Source of the DNA: Klebsormidium nitens
Lineage: Eukaryota; Plantae; Klebsormidiophyceae
Assembly: GCA_000708835.1 (NCBI GenBank)
Contig: DF236966.1
Location: 186,001-250,000, forward strand
Direction of reading: 5' to 3'
DNA: 64,000 nucleotides
Each line of letters begins with the position of its first letter. Position 1 is the stretch's first letter. Of the stretch, positions 23,701 to 37,500 are shown in pieces. Below the pieces are notes generated by a model. That model made no database searches. It was given only the letters and a program-made list of their open reading frames with translations, and was not told the DNA's origin. The position numbers and the translations under genes are program-made.

Positions 23701-26149
23701 ATGAAGGGCCGCAGGTTTCTGCTTTTCGTGGTCTTCTGTTTCGTGGCCTTGTCTCCTTTCCTGAACAACATCGAAGCACGGCAAGATCCTACCTGGGAAG
23801 CATCGAAGAAGGAGCTGAATGGAGGGCCAGAAGAGAGAAGGATGCTGAGTCAGATTCAACCGAGAGACGATCAGGATGCCTTGCGACAGGTCGCTTTCAG
23901 CGTTTTCCAAGACTACGTCCAGTGCAACAAGAACGCTGGAAACATGCTGCGGCTTGCTTTTCATGGTGAGGATTCTGATGATCAGCTTACAGTCAGCGCT
24001 CTTTGAAAATTGACATGAGTATCATAACACCTCTCTTAGATTGCGTTGTTAGTCCACCTCAGCTGGATCATATAGTCTGCTCATGTATGTTCTTGCAGGA
24101 AGAAGCACAAGGCATTGAGAGACCAGTTTTTGGTGAAGGCGTATCATCTCTGGATTGTTGTTCTTCCCAAGATCAAAGTAGTTCCTGGACAATTGCCAGG
24201 CTTGTTTCAAGCGCTGGACTTGCGACTACAGTGTATATTTGTGCTACTGCAGATGCAGGAACTTTCTCACCGACAAAATGTCGCTTATGCGGTCCGAATG
24301 GGTGAGCAGCACTCTTCCTGGCATAGCCTGATGTGCTTACTCTTCGATGCATGTCGTTCTTTTTGCTACATCATTTTCAACCTCTTCTGCGCTTTTGGGG
24401 TGCCTTTCCACAATTGACACTAAGTCTTCATCTCTTTCGTTGTCTCTTGCTACAAGTATCTTGTGTGGCATGATCCTTCAAAATCTGTCGGAAAATGCTG
24501 GACAAACGGCTGAAAATCATCATGCTTTCCTCAGGTCAATCCGTTTTGAAATTCAAGTGAGCCCCAACAATGCGTTGGCGGTTGGGTAAGATTCCAGCTC
24601 CGAGCACAAGAATCCACAGATAGCTTGATTACTTCGTAAAGCTCCAAGATTTGATGCATGATTTACAGTACAAACCGGCAGCATGTGCTTGGATCATCAT
24701 TTTTCCTGTACTAAGGCGTACTTCTTGTTGCATGCGTTCAACCTGTACCTCTCACTTTGATACTACTCCTATCTGAAGCTCAAGCCGAGAGATATTCGTA
24801 CAAATTGCGGAGCAGAATAATCCTAAATTGACACTGTCGGCTCAAAAGATTATAAAGCAAGCTTCATAGATTGCGCTCAACCCTCTTGCTGCGATAGGAT
24901 GTCCAGTGCACGTAAAGAACACAGGATTGGAATTCTTGCAATATATAACAACTTACGCTGCAAAGATCTGGACTCTGATTGGAGCAATTGAATCCCCCTT
25001 AAACCCCCATTTTTGGCAGTTTCGGAATTGTCGAAGCGGCTCGTGAAGACATCAACAGACTGAGCGGCCTTCCCTCCATCTCGTACGCTGACGTCATCCA
25101 GCTCGGTGGTGCATTCGCTGTCGAAACCTGTGGAGGTCCTTCCATTCCTCTCACGCTTGGGCGGGTGGATGCGTCAGGCCCTGACATCGTCAGCAACCTC
25201 CCAGGAATAGCGAGGAACACCTCTCTGCTCCAGGTCAGGGGTGCAAATCCTCAGATCCTATTCATGTCTCCAGATTGTGCTTGACTTTTTACATTGAATC
25301 GAATTGTACTTTTTCCAGATGCATTTTTCTTGGACAGGATTCTGATGAGTTGTACGACGAATACCTGATGATACCCAGGATCAATTTCCCTGTTTCTTTT
25401 GCAGGACTACTTCAACGCTAGCGGCTACGATACCGCAGAACTCGTGGCAATGATGGGTAAGCAGGATTTGAAACTGTTTTTTTAGCGATGCTGAAAGATG
25501 GTTGATTGAGAGAGGTGTTTAGATGATTGAGAGAGAAAGGTGTTTGTGCAACGGACAAGGGATTATAAATTCTTTGAGAGACTCGATTGGATAGACTCGA
25601 GACTACGAATGTAAGGTTGAACATCATGCTCCTGAAGCTGTCGTGAGTGCTACGGTCAATGCAGTGTCACTGCCGTGCAGAGTTGTTACAGTAGATTCGA
25701 AGGTAGAGAGACATACTTCTGTCTTGTTCAAACAGGAGGCCACACCCTGGGAATCTCGCGGGGGTTCCAGCCATTGGGACGGCTGGACCCAACTCCTGAG
25801 GTTTTCGACAACGCCTATTTTCAGGTGAGCGCAAATTTGATGCAGCTGCGAACTTGCTTATTGCCTCTCTGTGCTTCCGTGTTTGATCATTGCAAGCAGC
25901 TTTGCCTCTTTGAGTGACCTTTCTGTGCAAAACGAAGTCAACTTCGATCGAGGCACTTTTTTAATAGGGTCATTATGTTCCTTGCTGCAGATGCTGCTAC
26001 AAGGGGGCGGGTCGTTTGGTGTTGACCAGTGCCTTATGGATGACCAGAAGTTTGCTTCAATCGTAGCCACGTATGCCGAGAATCAAAGCCAATTCTTTGA
26101 GGACTTCGTGAGTGCGTACGTTAAGATGTCCCTGTTGGGCATCAGCTAG
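23701..26149 (+). CDS. Heme peroxidase, APX-related (APX-R/APX6-like) core with an N-terminal signal peptide
   Basis: Exons 23701-23965, 24253-24301, 24535-24585, 25020-25233, 25405-25456, 25736-25824, 25991-26149. Distal [30 protein letters not shown]...[14 protein letters not shown], proximal [37 protein letters not shown]-terminus [26 protein letters not shown]. Confidence 0.92.
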
Positions 26150-27462
26150 CTCTTCGTGTTGGAGAGGAGGTAACGGAGCTAACGCAGACTTACACAGTCC
26201 TCATGTCAGGAACCAGTGACGGTCAGTGTTGTATACTTATTGAGAAAGATCCTCGGAAACTGAAGGTTGATAGAAGAATAGAGTGTCCGACACGCACCGC
26301 TTAGGACGTAGGAGACGTGCGTTGCAGGTAGAGGTGCACAAATTGCTGAACCATCTAATGCTAATAGCTTGCGAGGCTACGAAGTGAATCTCATGGACCG
26401 CGGATAAGTTGAGCAACAATGTTCGCAGATTGTATTTGAACCTCAGTTAATCGTCTGCATGGCTGAAAGTATCCAACGCCGAATCACACTGCAACAAACT
26501 TTTTTTGCAACTGGAATTGCATCATATTTGAGTCTTCAGGTTGCAAAAGATTGATCAGGGCCGGGTAACATCCATGCATCGATCTGAACATGATGGCGCG
26601 GGCATCATCTGTGCTGTGCACGTGTTCAACGCATCGAGTATATTTCCGACGGACCTTTTCTTTGTCTTGAGGCCAGGCGGCACGCGCTTGACATGCTTGT
26701 TCATGGTTGCCAGGCGACTGCATGGATAGCTCTCGACACATGCCATTGTGCATGGAAGCTTTCATTGCGTTCAAATCCCCGTTCGCTATGAAAGCTTAGT
26801 ACCGCAACAGCCGATCTAAATTGAGTGTTGTTGCACGATATAGGCTATACATATAACTTGAGATGCGCCCGCGCTATATATCCGTCAATCAACCACCACA
26901 TGCCCCAAACATATATATGCAGACAATACTTAAATTACTGCATTGCAAAGCGTTCTATCGTCCCTTAAAGATGGTTATTACAGCGAATTCCATGCTCTGC
27001 CATAGTCTGCAGCTTTGCAGATTTGGAAAGACTACTTAAAAAGTGCCAGACAAATGTCGGCCCGGCAGGCTGATGCGCAGACAAATGACCTAAGAGAAGG
27101 GGTATGATGACGTGAGATCTAGCTGAACATATACCGGCAAGCTGAGGTCAGGAGAAAACGTGCTTGCCGACCTCGGGGAACTCTCATCTGAAGCCCATTT
27201 CGAGTGAAATTGTCACGTGTCTGGCACGTATCGGCGCAGGTGGCGCAATCCGACAGCGGTTCAGATTCCCGCAAGCTCTTGCCCTCTGGATGGGGCGGGA
27301 CTCGATCAAACAATCAGAACGGCTGATCCCAGTGACCATAGATTGTCACGTGGCATGGTGCATCAATTGCAAGCGGATTCCAAACAGCACGGCATCTCAG
27401 CCGGACCATTAGGTACGTCAGATTGCGAGAAAGTGTAAGTCAAACACGTTATATACAGGGTT

Positions 27463-30400
27463 CTATTCGGGGGTCACATAAGCGGCCGTTAGGCCACCGT
27501 CTACAAGCAAGCTTGCGCCGGTCATGAAGGAGCTTTCGTCTGACGCGAGAAACAGCGCTGCTTTTGCCATCTCCGCTGCTTCTCCAAAGCGTCCCATGGG
27601 CACGTGGATCAACCGTCGTTGCCTTTTGGCTTCTGAATCTAGAAACTGCACGCAGAAGTGGCAAGTCGTCATTAGAAAAGCCTTCCTCATTCACCAAAAT
27701 AAACACGGTTCGACACGGATACGACCGCTGAAGAAATCCAAAGTTCTCGGGAAGGTTAACATTTCAAGGGCTTTCAGCTGTTAAGCAACACAAGAAGCAA
27801 CACAAAACCTGGAACGGCAATCGTCAAATCTGAGAGTATGCCTTTGTAGAGTCCCACGATTCATATCCTGCTTAGGGACCGCAAGGTACGAACGCCTTGA
27901 ACACCTTTCACTGCGTAGAAACCCAACCGTGTGCACCAGCAAAGGTCTTCGAAGAACGAATCTTTCTACGAGCCTCGGAAATTTCGCAAAAGGCAGAGCG
28001 TGGCAATCCTTCGTAACACAAGCATCACGTAGGCAACATAACAGAGTCGTTCGATCAACGACCACCTTCATGAGGAGCTCCGTTCTTAGCGGTCCGGGGC
28101 AGAGTGCGTTGACCCGTATTCCTTCCCGGGCGTGAATCACCGCCAGTTCTCGAGTGAGAGCTAGGACCGCCCCTTTACTGGCTGTGTAGGCTATCTGCGA
28201 GAAACGGAAGGCCGTTCTCAGGAGGGCGGTTTCGGAGGCTGAATCTTTGGCTGAAAAAGAAGCTTTGCGAGCAGGCAGTTTCGCAGTGTCGAGATGAGGA
28301 CCCTCGATGGTCCTGCGGCGTTGCCTGCTTGGGCCTTCGGAGAGTCATAAGTTGTGGTGGTTCGAACTGCAAGCCCCGTTCGAGTATTTACTTGGTCAGG
28401 AATACATGAAGCAAGGGTTGTGTCAAAATAGATGGAAGGTAACTGCAGACTCCTGGCCGACGTTCAGGGACACCTGTCGTTTACAAATCTTGAAATTAAT
28501 GGTCCAAAAAAGTCTTTTCGTGACGTCTACAGTCCATCCCTTGAACTTACAACCAAGGGGTTTCGCGAGGGTCGGCCGGGAGACTGGGTTCCCTCTCCAG
28601 TTGTTGTGTCAGGCATATACGGTCGGAAGCAGACATTCTCAAGCACCTAAACTTCTCCAATCCGGGAATTCGCCGTGGCTTACGGTTTCGCTCCAGTCAG
28701 CAGCGCCTTTCTCTTTCAACTCCTTCTACCGACGTGAACATGGTTGCAACGGTCCAAAGAAAACGAAAGGTACGAAGAAGTAAGCAAGACTGCTTACCTG
28801 CGGCGTGGCTGCGCCCATGAATGCGACGAAGGAGGCCGTGTTCACAATGGCCCCGCCTCCTGAGTTCTTAATGGCAGGGATACCGTATCGACATCCTAAA
28901 AGCACTCCCTGCAACACGATTCTATTTTTCAATCAGCCCGCCAGACTTTGTCGGAGCATGTCGACAACAGAACCCGTCAATCTCGTCTGATGACTTCAGA
29001 GGGGTGCGAAGCAGGTTTCCATCCTGTTGAGATCGAAGTGAAAGGGGAGGCTTCGAAACCGTCCTCGGTCCGTACAAAGGGGTGCACTCGCTGACAGGCG
29101 TAGAGCTGCGACGATATTTGAAGCTCAGACTCCACAGTTGAGCAGTTGAGGTTAGGCTGATAGGGAAGATTGGGGGACAAAAGTGGGCAGCTTCTGATGC
29201 GGAGAGACACCGCCTGGACGGTTTCGTTCAGCACGAGAAGGGGTGCCGGGCGTTTTGTAGCATGAATGAAAAAGAGCCTAGTCTACGGTCCTGTTCACGC
29301 CCACAGGAGCGTCGGATCAGAATGAGGATCAGAACAAGACCAGGAACGACAAACCAGAGCTCAAGATTCAGCCGGCCTTTCTGGGTGCCGAAGCACCGAC
29401 TTCAAATGGCGCCTCGAATGTCTGGGGTCTATAACTTACAACGAAATCTTACTCAGCTAGCCAGCCAAGAGTCTGCCTAACTCAGTTCCTGTACATGATT
29501 GTAAGTTCCAGGCTCACCTTCACATTCACCGCCAACGTAGTGTCAATGACATCCTCTGTGGTGTGGACCGCATCGTCGTCATTGCTCATCATGATTCCTG
29601 CGTTGTTGAAGAGGACGTGCAACCCGCCAAACTTTTCCTGCAAGCAGGAGGCGTTGTCAGCCGTTCTGTTCGTTTTGTGTATTGTGTTTCTTTCCATGGC
29701 CTTTCAAGCCCCGTCTCCTTGGGGATTTTACGAAGACTCAGAGAAAAATGGCTGTTGAAAGACCCTGGACTCCTGAACTTGATACAGACACATCCAAAGA
29801 AAGTCTTGAAAGCCGTCTTGAATGCCGATCACTTAACTCGTGCTCAGTGTCTCTGTAGAAAAGTTAAGCTGCTTCTCACCCCTTTTCAGAGTCCCTAGAA
29901 AAGAAACATGCCCAAAGACATCATCGGACCAGAAGCGGAGGGAATATCTCAGGCAGGCGTCAAAGTTTGTGTAACTTTCTCAGCAGAGTCCCAGAGCAAC
30001 TTGGAAGCAGCTTTCAAAACCCACATTAACGTCGACCTCCGCACCTGATTTCTTAACACACGACTATCAAAAAGTTTCTGTCCAACTACAGTTACACAGA
30101 AAGTCGTCAATCCACAGAGCGGAAGCTGATGTTGGTTTGGATCAGCAAATAGGAATCCTCAATCTTACACCAGCGGTTCAATTGAAAGGCTTGACCCACC
30201 TTCGCTCGGCTGACCATCCTTTTCATATGGTCCGCATTGGAAACATTGCCCCCTACCGAAACTGCATTCCCTCCCCCATCGCGTATCTCCTGAGCGACCC
30301 GCTCCGCCGCCTCCTCGTTCAGGTCAGCAACGACCACGGAAGCGCCTTCATTGGCAAACAACCTGGAGCTCTCTGCTCCAATGCCCCTGGGAGAACAGAA

Positions 30401-30935
30401 ATGAACAAGGACTGTGCAATTGAGAGCGTGACGCCTTCGCTTTGAGGTCAAATGGCGAGAAATCAATTCCAATGCCGAAAAAGACTTGTGTTCTTGACAA
30501 AGCATTGAACAAGTTAGAAACATAATCGAAGGTAGGAATCTCTCTGCGCCTGAAGCTTCACCCGCAACAAAAATCCGCATCCCATCACCTGACAAGACCC
30601 TTTGCAACACCACAAAACGTCAACGAAAGGACAGGATCAACGAACAGGCATTGAAAAAGGCCTTGATACCATCAACCTTTCCAACATCAATGCAATCGCT
30701 GGCAGCTTGTGCACAACTGATACAAAGAAACAACTAAAGTCAACCGGGACAAAATGGTGCTGGCAGTGAGTTGGGCTTTCAAATTGCCATACGATGCAAA
30801 GAGAGAGTGGTCAATGACTTACCCCCCTCCACCAGTGATCAGCGCAACTTTGCCTGCAAGCCGTCCTTTTGCCGCTGCAGATGAGAATTGCCGCTTGAGT
30901 TCTCCGGCAGCGCGGATTGTCCCGGAGTTGAGCAT
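27463..30935 (-). CDS. Classical short-chain dehydrogenase/reductase (FabG-like) with probable mitochondrial presequence
   Basis: Exons 30935-30823, 30386-30200, 29637-29518, 28909-28798, 28194-28066, 27645-27463. TGGGGGIG nucleotide-binding motif, NNAG, IVNTAS, YTASK catalytic motif, [20 protein letters not shown]. Presequence-like [22 protein letters not shown]. Confidence 0.93.
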
Positions 30936-31583
30936 GTTGAGGCGAATTGGCCCGATGCAGCACAAGTTCAAGAATCCTAGCTGGACCTGTATATGCTGGG
31001 GTGCGCTGGTCGTCAGGATGCGCAGACGCAGACAGTTCAATTCCAAATGGTGGCAGCAACCGATTCGAATTTTTAATAGCGCCTCAGTTCTCACCAAGAC
31101 TCCAATCAGCTTGATAGTAGCAGCTGCAACCAGCTGCAACAGCTCTCCTCCCTCCCTAGTCTGCTTGCCTCTGCTTCCACATCAAGCAACAAATAAGCCG
31201 TCTTTTCGCCTAATTCTGATCGGATATGCAGCATTCAGTTAGGACCCCTTGTTTAGAATCGGCAGCAGCGTCCGCGCATCTCGGTCAGGAAGAGCCGGTT
31301 TCATATTTGAGGTGCCTTATTTCCCGAAGGGCTATGCCTTCACTACCTCGCTTGTCTGCATCTGGTCCAATCAAAAAGAGCTCTCTCCTTAGGCTTCCAG
31401 CTTGCAAGCTGACTTCAAAAGACGCTTCAAGCCGTTCGTGTTGAGAAGGTGAAAGCAAGGAGCTGGCACTACGCTGGGCGTCAACGTTTGCCATCGAATC
31501 AGTGGGGAGACTTTAGGAAGCTTGGAAGTTGCTGCGATTGTTGAGGACAAACAGACAATTCAACGTGGAATCAGACGGAGGCA

Positions 31584-34500
31584 ATGGCTTTGAGATTCTT
31601 ATTAAGCGGGGGGAGACTCAAACTGCCAAAAGATTCCCTCAAGGCAAGCGGGGTGCTCAGCAGAGAAGTCGCTTGGCTTGCCAGGCATGGACCGTTTGGA
31701 CCGCAGCGCCACCTTGTCAATGTAAGTCAAGGAAGCATATGTGGTTGGCTTGGCTTGCAAATGTCTCATTTGAAGTGTAGTCAGGTGAAACAGGGAAAGG
31801 CCGTTTTTTCAGAAGCATCACATCACATGCATGACAAAGAAGCTAAAAGTAAATGCACTTGCCTGCATACTGGTGTCGCGTCGCCTGATCACTTGACGTG
31901 TGTGCCAGTTCTTTCACATACTCATCAATCTTATGGAAGTCCTGCTAGGCCCATGGCAGCCCGCCTGCTTGTGATTTGTGTTTGCAAATTCCTTTCTTTC
32001 AATGCTCAAATCATGGCGCCAATTGTCGTTACGAAACTCTTACTTCATTCAGCTGCGAAAAGAAGGCCGCAGTAAATCGAGCGATGGCTCCATAAGCAGA
32101 CCTACAAGCTTGGGCAGCCCAGGCTTTGTGATCTCATACCACTACACTTAAGATTGCAAAGTCATCAATTTCAGTTATGTTGACAACTTTCTTCTCTTTT
32201 GCCTGGCAGGCATCACTGGCTGCATCTGTTCCTCAAGAAGTCACCCGCCCTGAACATCTGAGCTTTCCCAAGTCATCCCCAAAGCCCGACTTCCAGGCTG
32301 CTGAAGCCGAAGGCCCGAAGCAGCTTCCCTTTGACTTACCGCGCCATGGTTCAATGCACAGCTCGATGTCCCCTCAAAGCCTCAGCAGCAATGCTTTCAG
32401 AACTTTCCACAGCAGTGCCTCGGCCGCTAATGCCATGCAAGAAGACAGTGCGGTGCGCTGGCAGAAGCGGGTGATTGCCAGGGCAGACAGGGAGCGGAGG
32501 CAGGCGCAGGCTTACCCGGCAGAGTATGAGGAAGTGGGAGCACAAGAAGCACATGTGGATCCAAGCATGATGCCGCAAGTTCCGCCGCCGACGCAGCCGC
32601 TCGTGGGGGCTCTGAGGCCAAAGTCGGCGGAAGAGGTGAGGGCCTCATTACGGACTTCTGAGCTGTCTGTTTGTCAGCAGAAGCCCCCGCGTGGGGTTTG
32701 CAGGGCTTTCGATATCGAAGTAGGGGCCTTGTTCATGTTACTGAGGGATTGGATCAACCACTGAAACTCATCTCTCCAGTTGCAGTATCGATTCAGCTTC
32801 ATAGATTGTTTGTGTCGTCCAACATTTTAGACTGGAATAGACCCTCTCCTTTTGAAAACCTGAGCAGCTCAGGCAACACGAGACTGTCCAATAGATCATG
32901 GTCGCAACCTTCAGACTTCCTTAGGACATAAGCTGTGCTTATTGAGATTGATTTTCCGCGTGCAGGCTGCGTTCGCTTCTGTGCTCGCCCGTTCTGACCT
33001 CATCATGACGAGGAAAGTGGAGTGGGCCAACCTTCTAATTGGGTTTGAGCAGGTGATGATCATACAAAACTTTGATTCTACCTCTTTGAAAATCTGTTCG
33101 ACGCTTGATAAATTGTGTATGTCCAAGGTTGGCAGTCAGTTTCACGGAATATGCAGTAGGCAATGTCGGTCGCTCGCACGTCAGAACAGGCTCTGTTTTG
33201 TTACATTGGTTGTTCCATTTGGGTGTTTTTGTGTGTGTCCCTGTTGCTGGACATTTGAGGACGGTCAGGAGGGAAAGCTTTCTCGCTATCGAATTCGACC
33301 TCAATTGGGATTACTGACCGTTCCAGCCCCTCTCTCATCTTGCAGCAAAACAAGTACACAATCGTGGATCCTTATCAACCAGATACGGTACGTTTCATAT
33401 ATTATCAAACTCGGACAAGGGGTCTTTTCCTGAAGCGCTATGCTCACGGCATCTTTCCTCATTATGCTTCCGAAAGTGCTTTCGCACTGTTAAGCTCGTT
33501 ATCTTTGCCGTACCAGACACTGACTAATCATTTATGACTTTGCACTTTCACGTCAACGTTTACGTACCACATTGCTCACGAATCGGAATCTATTCTGCAT
33601 TTTGGAACGAGTAGTAGTAGTCATTTCCTGGAGATGATAAAAACTTTTCCGAGTTCCAATTCAGAATGGCCTTCTCACCTGTGCAGCCAGTCGGTTTCGT
33701 GGTGGAAGAAAGCAATCCGATTTTACGGCAGGTAAGGCGTCTTCTTCTCGTATCTCCCAACTATTGCCGATCAGCCGACCGTTGCGAAGAAGTAAAAAGC
33801 CCTTCAAGGATCGGCGTTGCTTGATTCAGATGCAAAGCTTCGAAAGAGCATTTTTTTGGCCTATCTTGTCCCTGCTTTTCGCTCACACAGCACTCTATAA
33901 AATATACACCGAAATGGTTGTGCCTCCAGAAGGCTCTCAATCTGGTGACCGGAATATGTAGTAACGAATTAATGGTGATCGAGACTTGTTTCTCTGCAGC
34001 TTCTTCGCTCGAGGCGGCCGTTCACTGCATCGGTGCTCGACGCTCAGGGCCGTGAAATTATCAAGGTCAGCTGCCAACCTTCTAATGCCTGGCTTCTTTG
34101 ACAAGCGGGTAAAATGAGCGTGACAGGTCCAGGATTCGCTACTCTCGCCCGTCTTGAAAACCTGTCAGTGAACATATTGACTGCAGAAAGGATCCGGATT
34201 AGGTGTTCGCAACGTCCGGTTAAAAAGCAGCAAGGTGCTCCTGATCCGCTTTCTCGCCTCTCGTCCGCCTGCCACTTTTACGTTCTCAATTCCACAACGC
34301 CCTTCCTTTTTGCATCTCGCCGAGGAACCGTAGTTATGATCGACAGTCGATGGCCGACGCTCGAAGCGTCTACTCAGGGCAACTGCCGGAAAGGAACAAA
34401 GAAATCCTGCCCGTTTTTCACTCACGAAAGTAGCATCGCAGGGTCCGAAGACGCACCCGTCTCCTTTTACGTAAACGCTGACTGCACGTGTTCGCACACC

Positions 34501-37500
34501 GTTCCAAATGATTGCTGACGCGCCCCATGAATTGTCCAACAGATCAAGCGGCCCATCTTCTTCCTCAATAGCACGATTACCGTCGAGACCCCAAGCGGAG
34601 AAAAGATAGGCGAAGCGCACCGCCGGTGGCACCTCTGGAAGCGAAACTACGACTCTTACGTCGGGTGAGGCTCGACTCTCTCCAGTATAGTCTCGCGAAC
34701 ATGGCGAACGTACTGGCGGAGTTGGTGCAACCCAGTCTGAGTATTCTCTTGTTGTTCCGATCGATTTCGTCGGGCGAGGTTTGATCTTGCTCATCAAAGT
34801 GTTGGGGAGGCACCCTGCTTAATATTCGAGAAAGGTTCTCGTCCGTGCGAAGGCTGAGCTTGAATTAAACCTTGCCGGGATAGCCACCGTTACGTTCCTT
34901 CAGCCATCATCCGGCGCAGATTTGGTTCCACTTACTTTTCCGTACCAAAAGTCGTCCAAGCGTTTCATAACTGACATAAGCGATTGCCAAAGCGCACCAT
35001 TCTCCATAATGTGTCTTCTATCACTTCGTGGCAGTACGAGGCCTTCAAGCCCTCCCCTCGGAAGTTCGCTATCGCAGGCAGCATAATTTCACAGTCAATC
35101 TTCTCTCTTCCGTTCTCTTCAAGTCTCTCGTTTATATTCCTTGGGCAAGAGGAGGAACCCGACAGGCCATTTCGCAGCAGTGACTGAACGCGCACCTTTC
35201 AAGGAACTAAGTTGTGCATCTGTAATCACAGGAACCGCCAGTTTGGCGAGGTCAATAACTGGGGCTTCTGGTGGTGGACCTTTGAAGTGAAGGGCGAGAA
35301 CGGGGAGAACATGGCCGTTATCGACAGGAACTGGCGGGGCTTCGGTTTTGAGGTGAGGGGCGCTTTGCGAATCCTTCTCAGCTGTTCCATGTGTCGAAGC
35401 GATTTTCGGTTGCAAGTAAGGCCTGCGTCTCTAGTGCCTGAACGTCTCACTGTTGCCTCCGTTTTCTTCTCATCAAAAGGTAAACGGTTTTGTACGTCTT
35501 CTTCTTTCCGCCTCTGTTGTTCTTTCCTTGACTAGTGCCTGCTGCCCCACTGGATGTAGAGAAGAACCGGGTTGTGGGATGCGCAATTTGAGAGAGTTTA
35601 AGATCTAAAAGTTGCTATCCGGGGCCCTGGCAATGGCTGATCAATTTAAACAGCCCCCGCTAGTTACATAGTAGTACTCGTCACTCATAATATCCTTTTC
35701 TTCGCTGGTCCCTTTTTCTTGACTGAGCGGGTCTATTGAATCGGAAGTAAACGGCCTTGCTGATGTGATCTCGGTAAACTCAATCTCAGTCAAAAGCCAA
35801 TCAACTCAAGATCTTCGAGAGCCCACGTCCGACAATGCAAGCACTCGGCCCAGTATAGACGCGCTGTGCCCTCGCCCACCTCAGCGCTCAGCCAGCCTAC
35901 CCGTCTCCGAACCTTCTCTTTCCTCGGTCGCCAAATAGTCGTAGGTTCCTCAAGTAGTAGCTCCTCAAGTAGTAGTTCCTCAAGTCTGCTGGCTCCATTG
36001 TCGACCGCTCTTTTCGTCCGTGCAGCTGATGACGGACGCCGGGCAGTACTGCGTCCGGTTCGGCGACGCCACGGGAAAAGAGGGCCGGCCGCAGCTCGAG
36101 AGTCTCGCGCAGCACGGCCTGCCGCTGCAGCAAACAGGGCCCGCCACCGACCAGGTAAGCAGCGACTAAGTACATTGGGCGGGAAGGGTTTCCTTGCCTC
36201 GGCTTTTGCTCACTGCTTTGCGTTTTCCATTTGAGTATGTATTGAGGGACTGACGCCTGCTCGGTGAAAGATTTGAATGGGACATCGTACATTCTGGAAG
36301 GAGGTTGGGCTCGCCAAATCGGCCGTGCTTCGGTGGGGTCTGATGTTATCGTTCAAGTGTTCTTGGTGGTGCATTGTCAGATACTTCTTAACGAGTCTGG
36401 CTTCCGACGGGTTCAGTCTGTCACGCGAAGGTGGTTTGCTAGGAGTCAGCAGCAGTAATATCGAGTACCTGGTGATTTTCGCTTTCATTGGACTAGCTTT
36501 TGGGTTGTAAGGCATCTCGCTCGGGGTTGGTTTGAGATTTGGAAGGGGTTGCGGTGCGGAGCACGTAAAGAGCTTGGCTGAGGATCATTAATGGCTGCAG
36601 CCAGTGTTCTTGTACTTCAGTAAAAGCTGCCTAATACGAAGGCCACAAGTACTTGCATACCACACATTGGCCAAAAAGCTGCTCGAAAGTGGCCTCCATA
36701 TGACATGTCCATCTATTGGTCATGTGTCTCATCGGACGGCTCTCCCTGCTGCAGCCTGAGACGCCGGACGTGTCCGGGCAGTTGTCGCTGTCCGAGCGCG
36801 CAGTGATTCTGGCCCTGGCCGTCTCCCTTGACAACGACTATTTCTCGCGGCACAGCGGGTGGGTCACCGCAGCTAAGTTGGATCAGTGAAGTGTGGAGGC
36901 TGCCTGTGACGGAAATCAATGAGTCCGATGCTCCACCGAGAATAGCTCTCTGCCTGGCTTGGGTAATATCTCAATGTTCTCGGATTTGCAACGGGGGTTC
37001 GACTCTTGTCAGCTTTCTGCTTCAATGAAGCTTCTGAATGCCGTGAAGGGAGGGGAGCTATTGGCTGCTTCTGAAACATTCAAGTCGCAATGGTATCTTG
37101 ATGACGCGAGCGACACACCTCGTTGACGTGCGGTCCAAAAGGATTGAGATTTCGTAACACGTCTTCCCAGGATCTTTGATCCTTGGATCTCTGATCCAGG
37201 ATTTTTGGTCCTTGACCTTTGATCCTTGGACGGAATCCTTACGTACTTTGTTTGAGAGCTTGTATCGCTGCTAACCCGACCACTCTCCATCTTCTCAGCG
37301 GCGCGGGCGGTTTTTTTCCATTCCCCTTCTTTGGATCTGAGGCCTCCGACTCGCGAACCGAGGAGTCCGTTCCGGATTCATCCGCTCCCGTTCCGAGTGG
37401 AACAGCTGCTCCGCCAGACTTTCGACCGAGTGACGATGCTGGCGGCGGAATCGGCGGAATGGTGGCCGGAACGGCGATGGCGGAAGCCATGCAGCGAGGG

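Noticed and set aside
31285-31494. 69-aa minus-strand ORF upstream of the SDR
   Set aside because: No domain or splice link; it lies in the shared promoter/UTR region.
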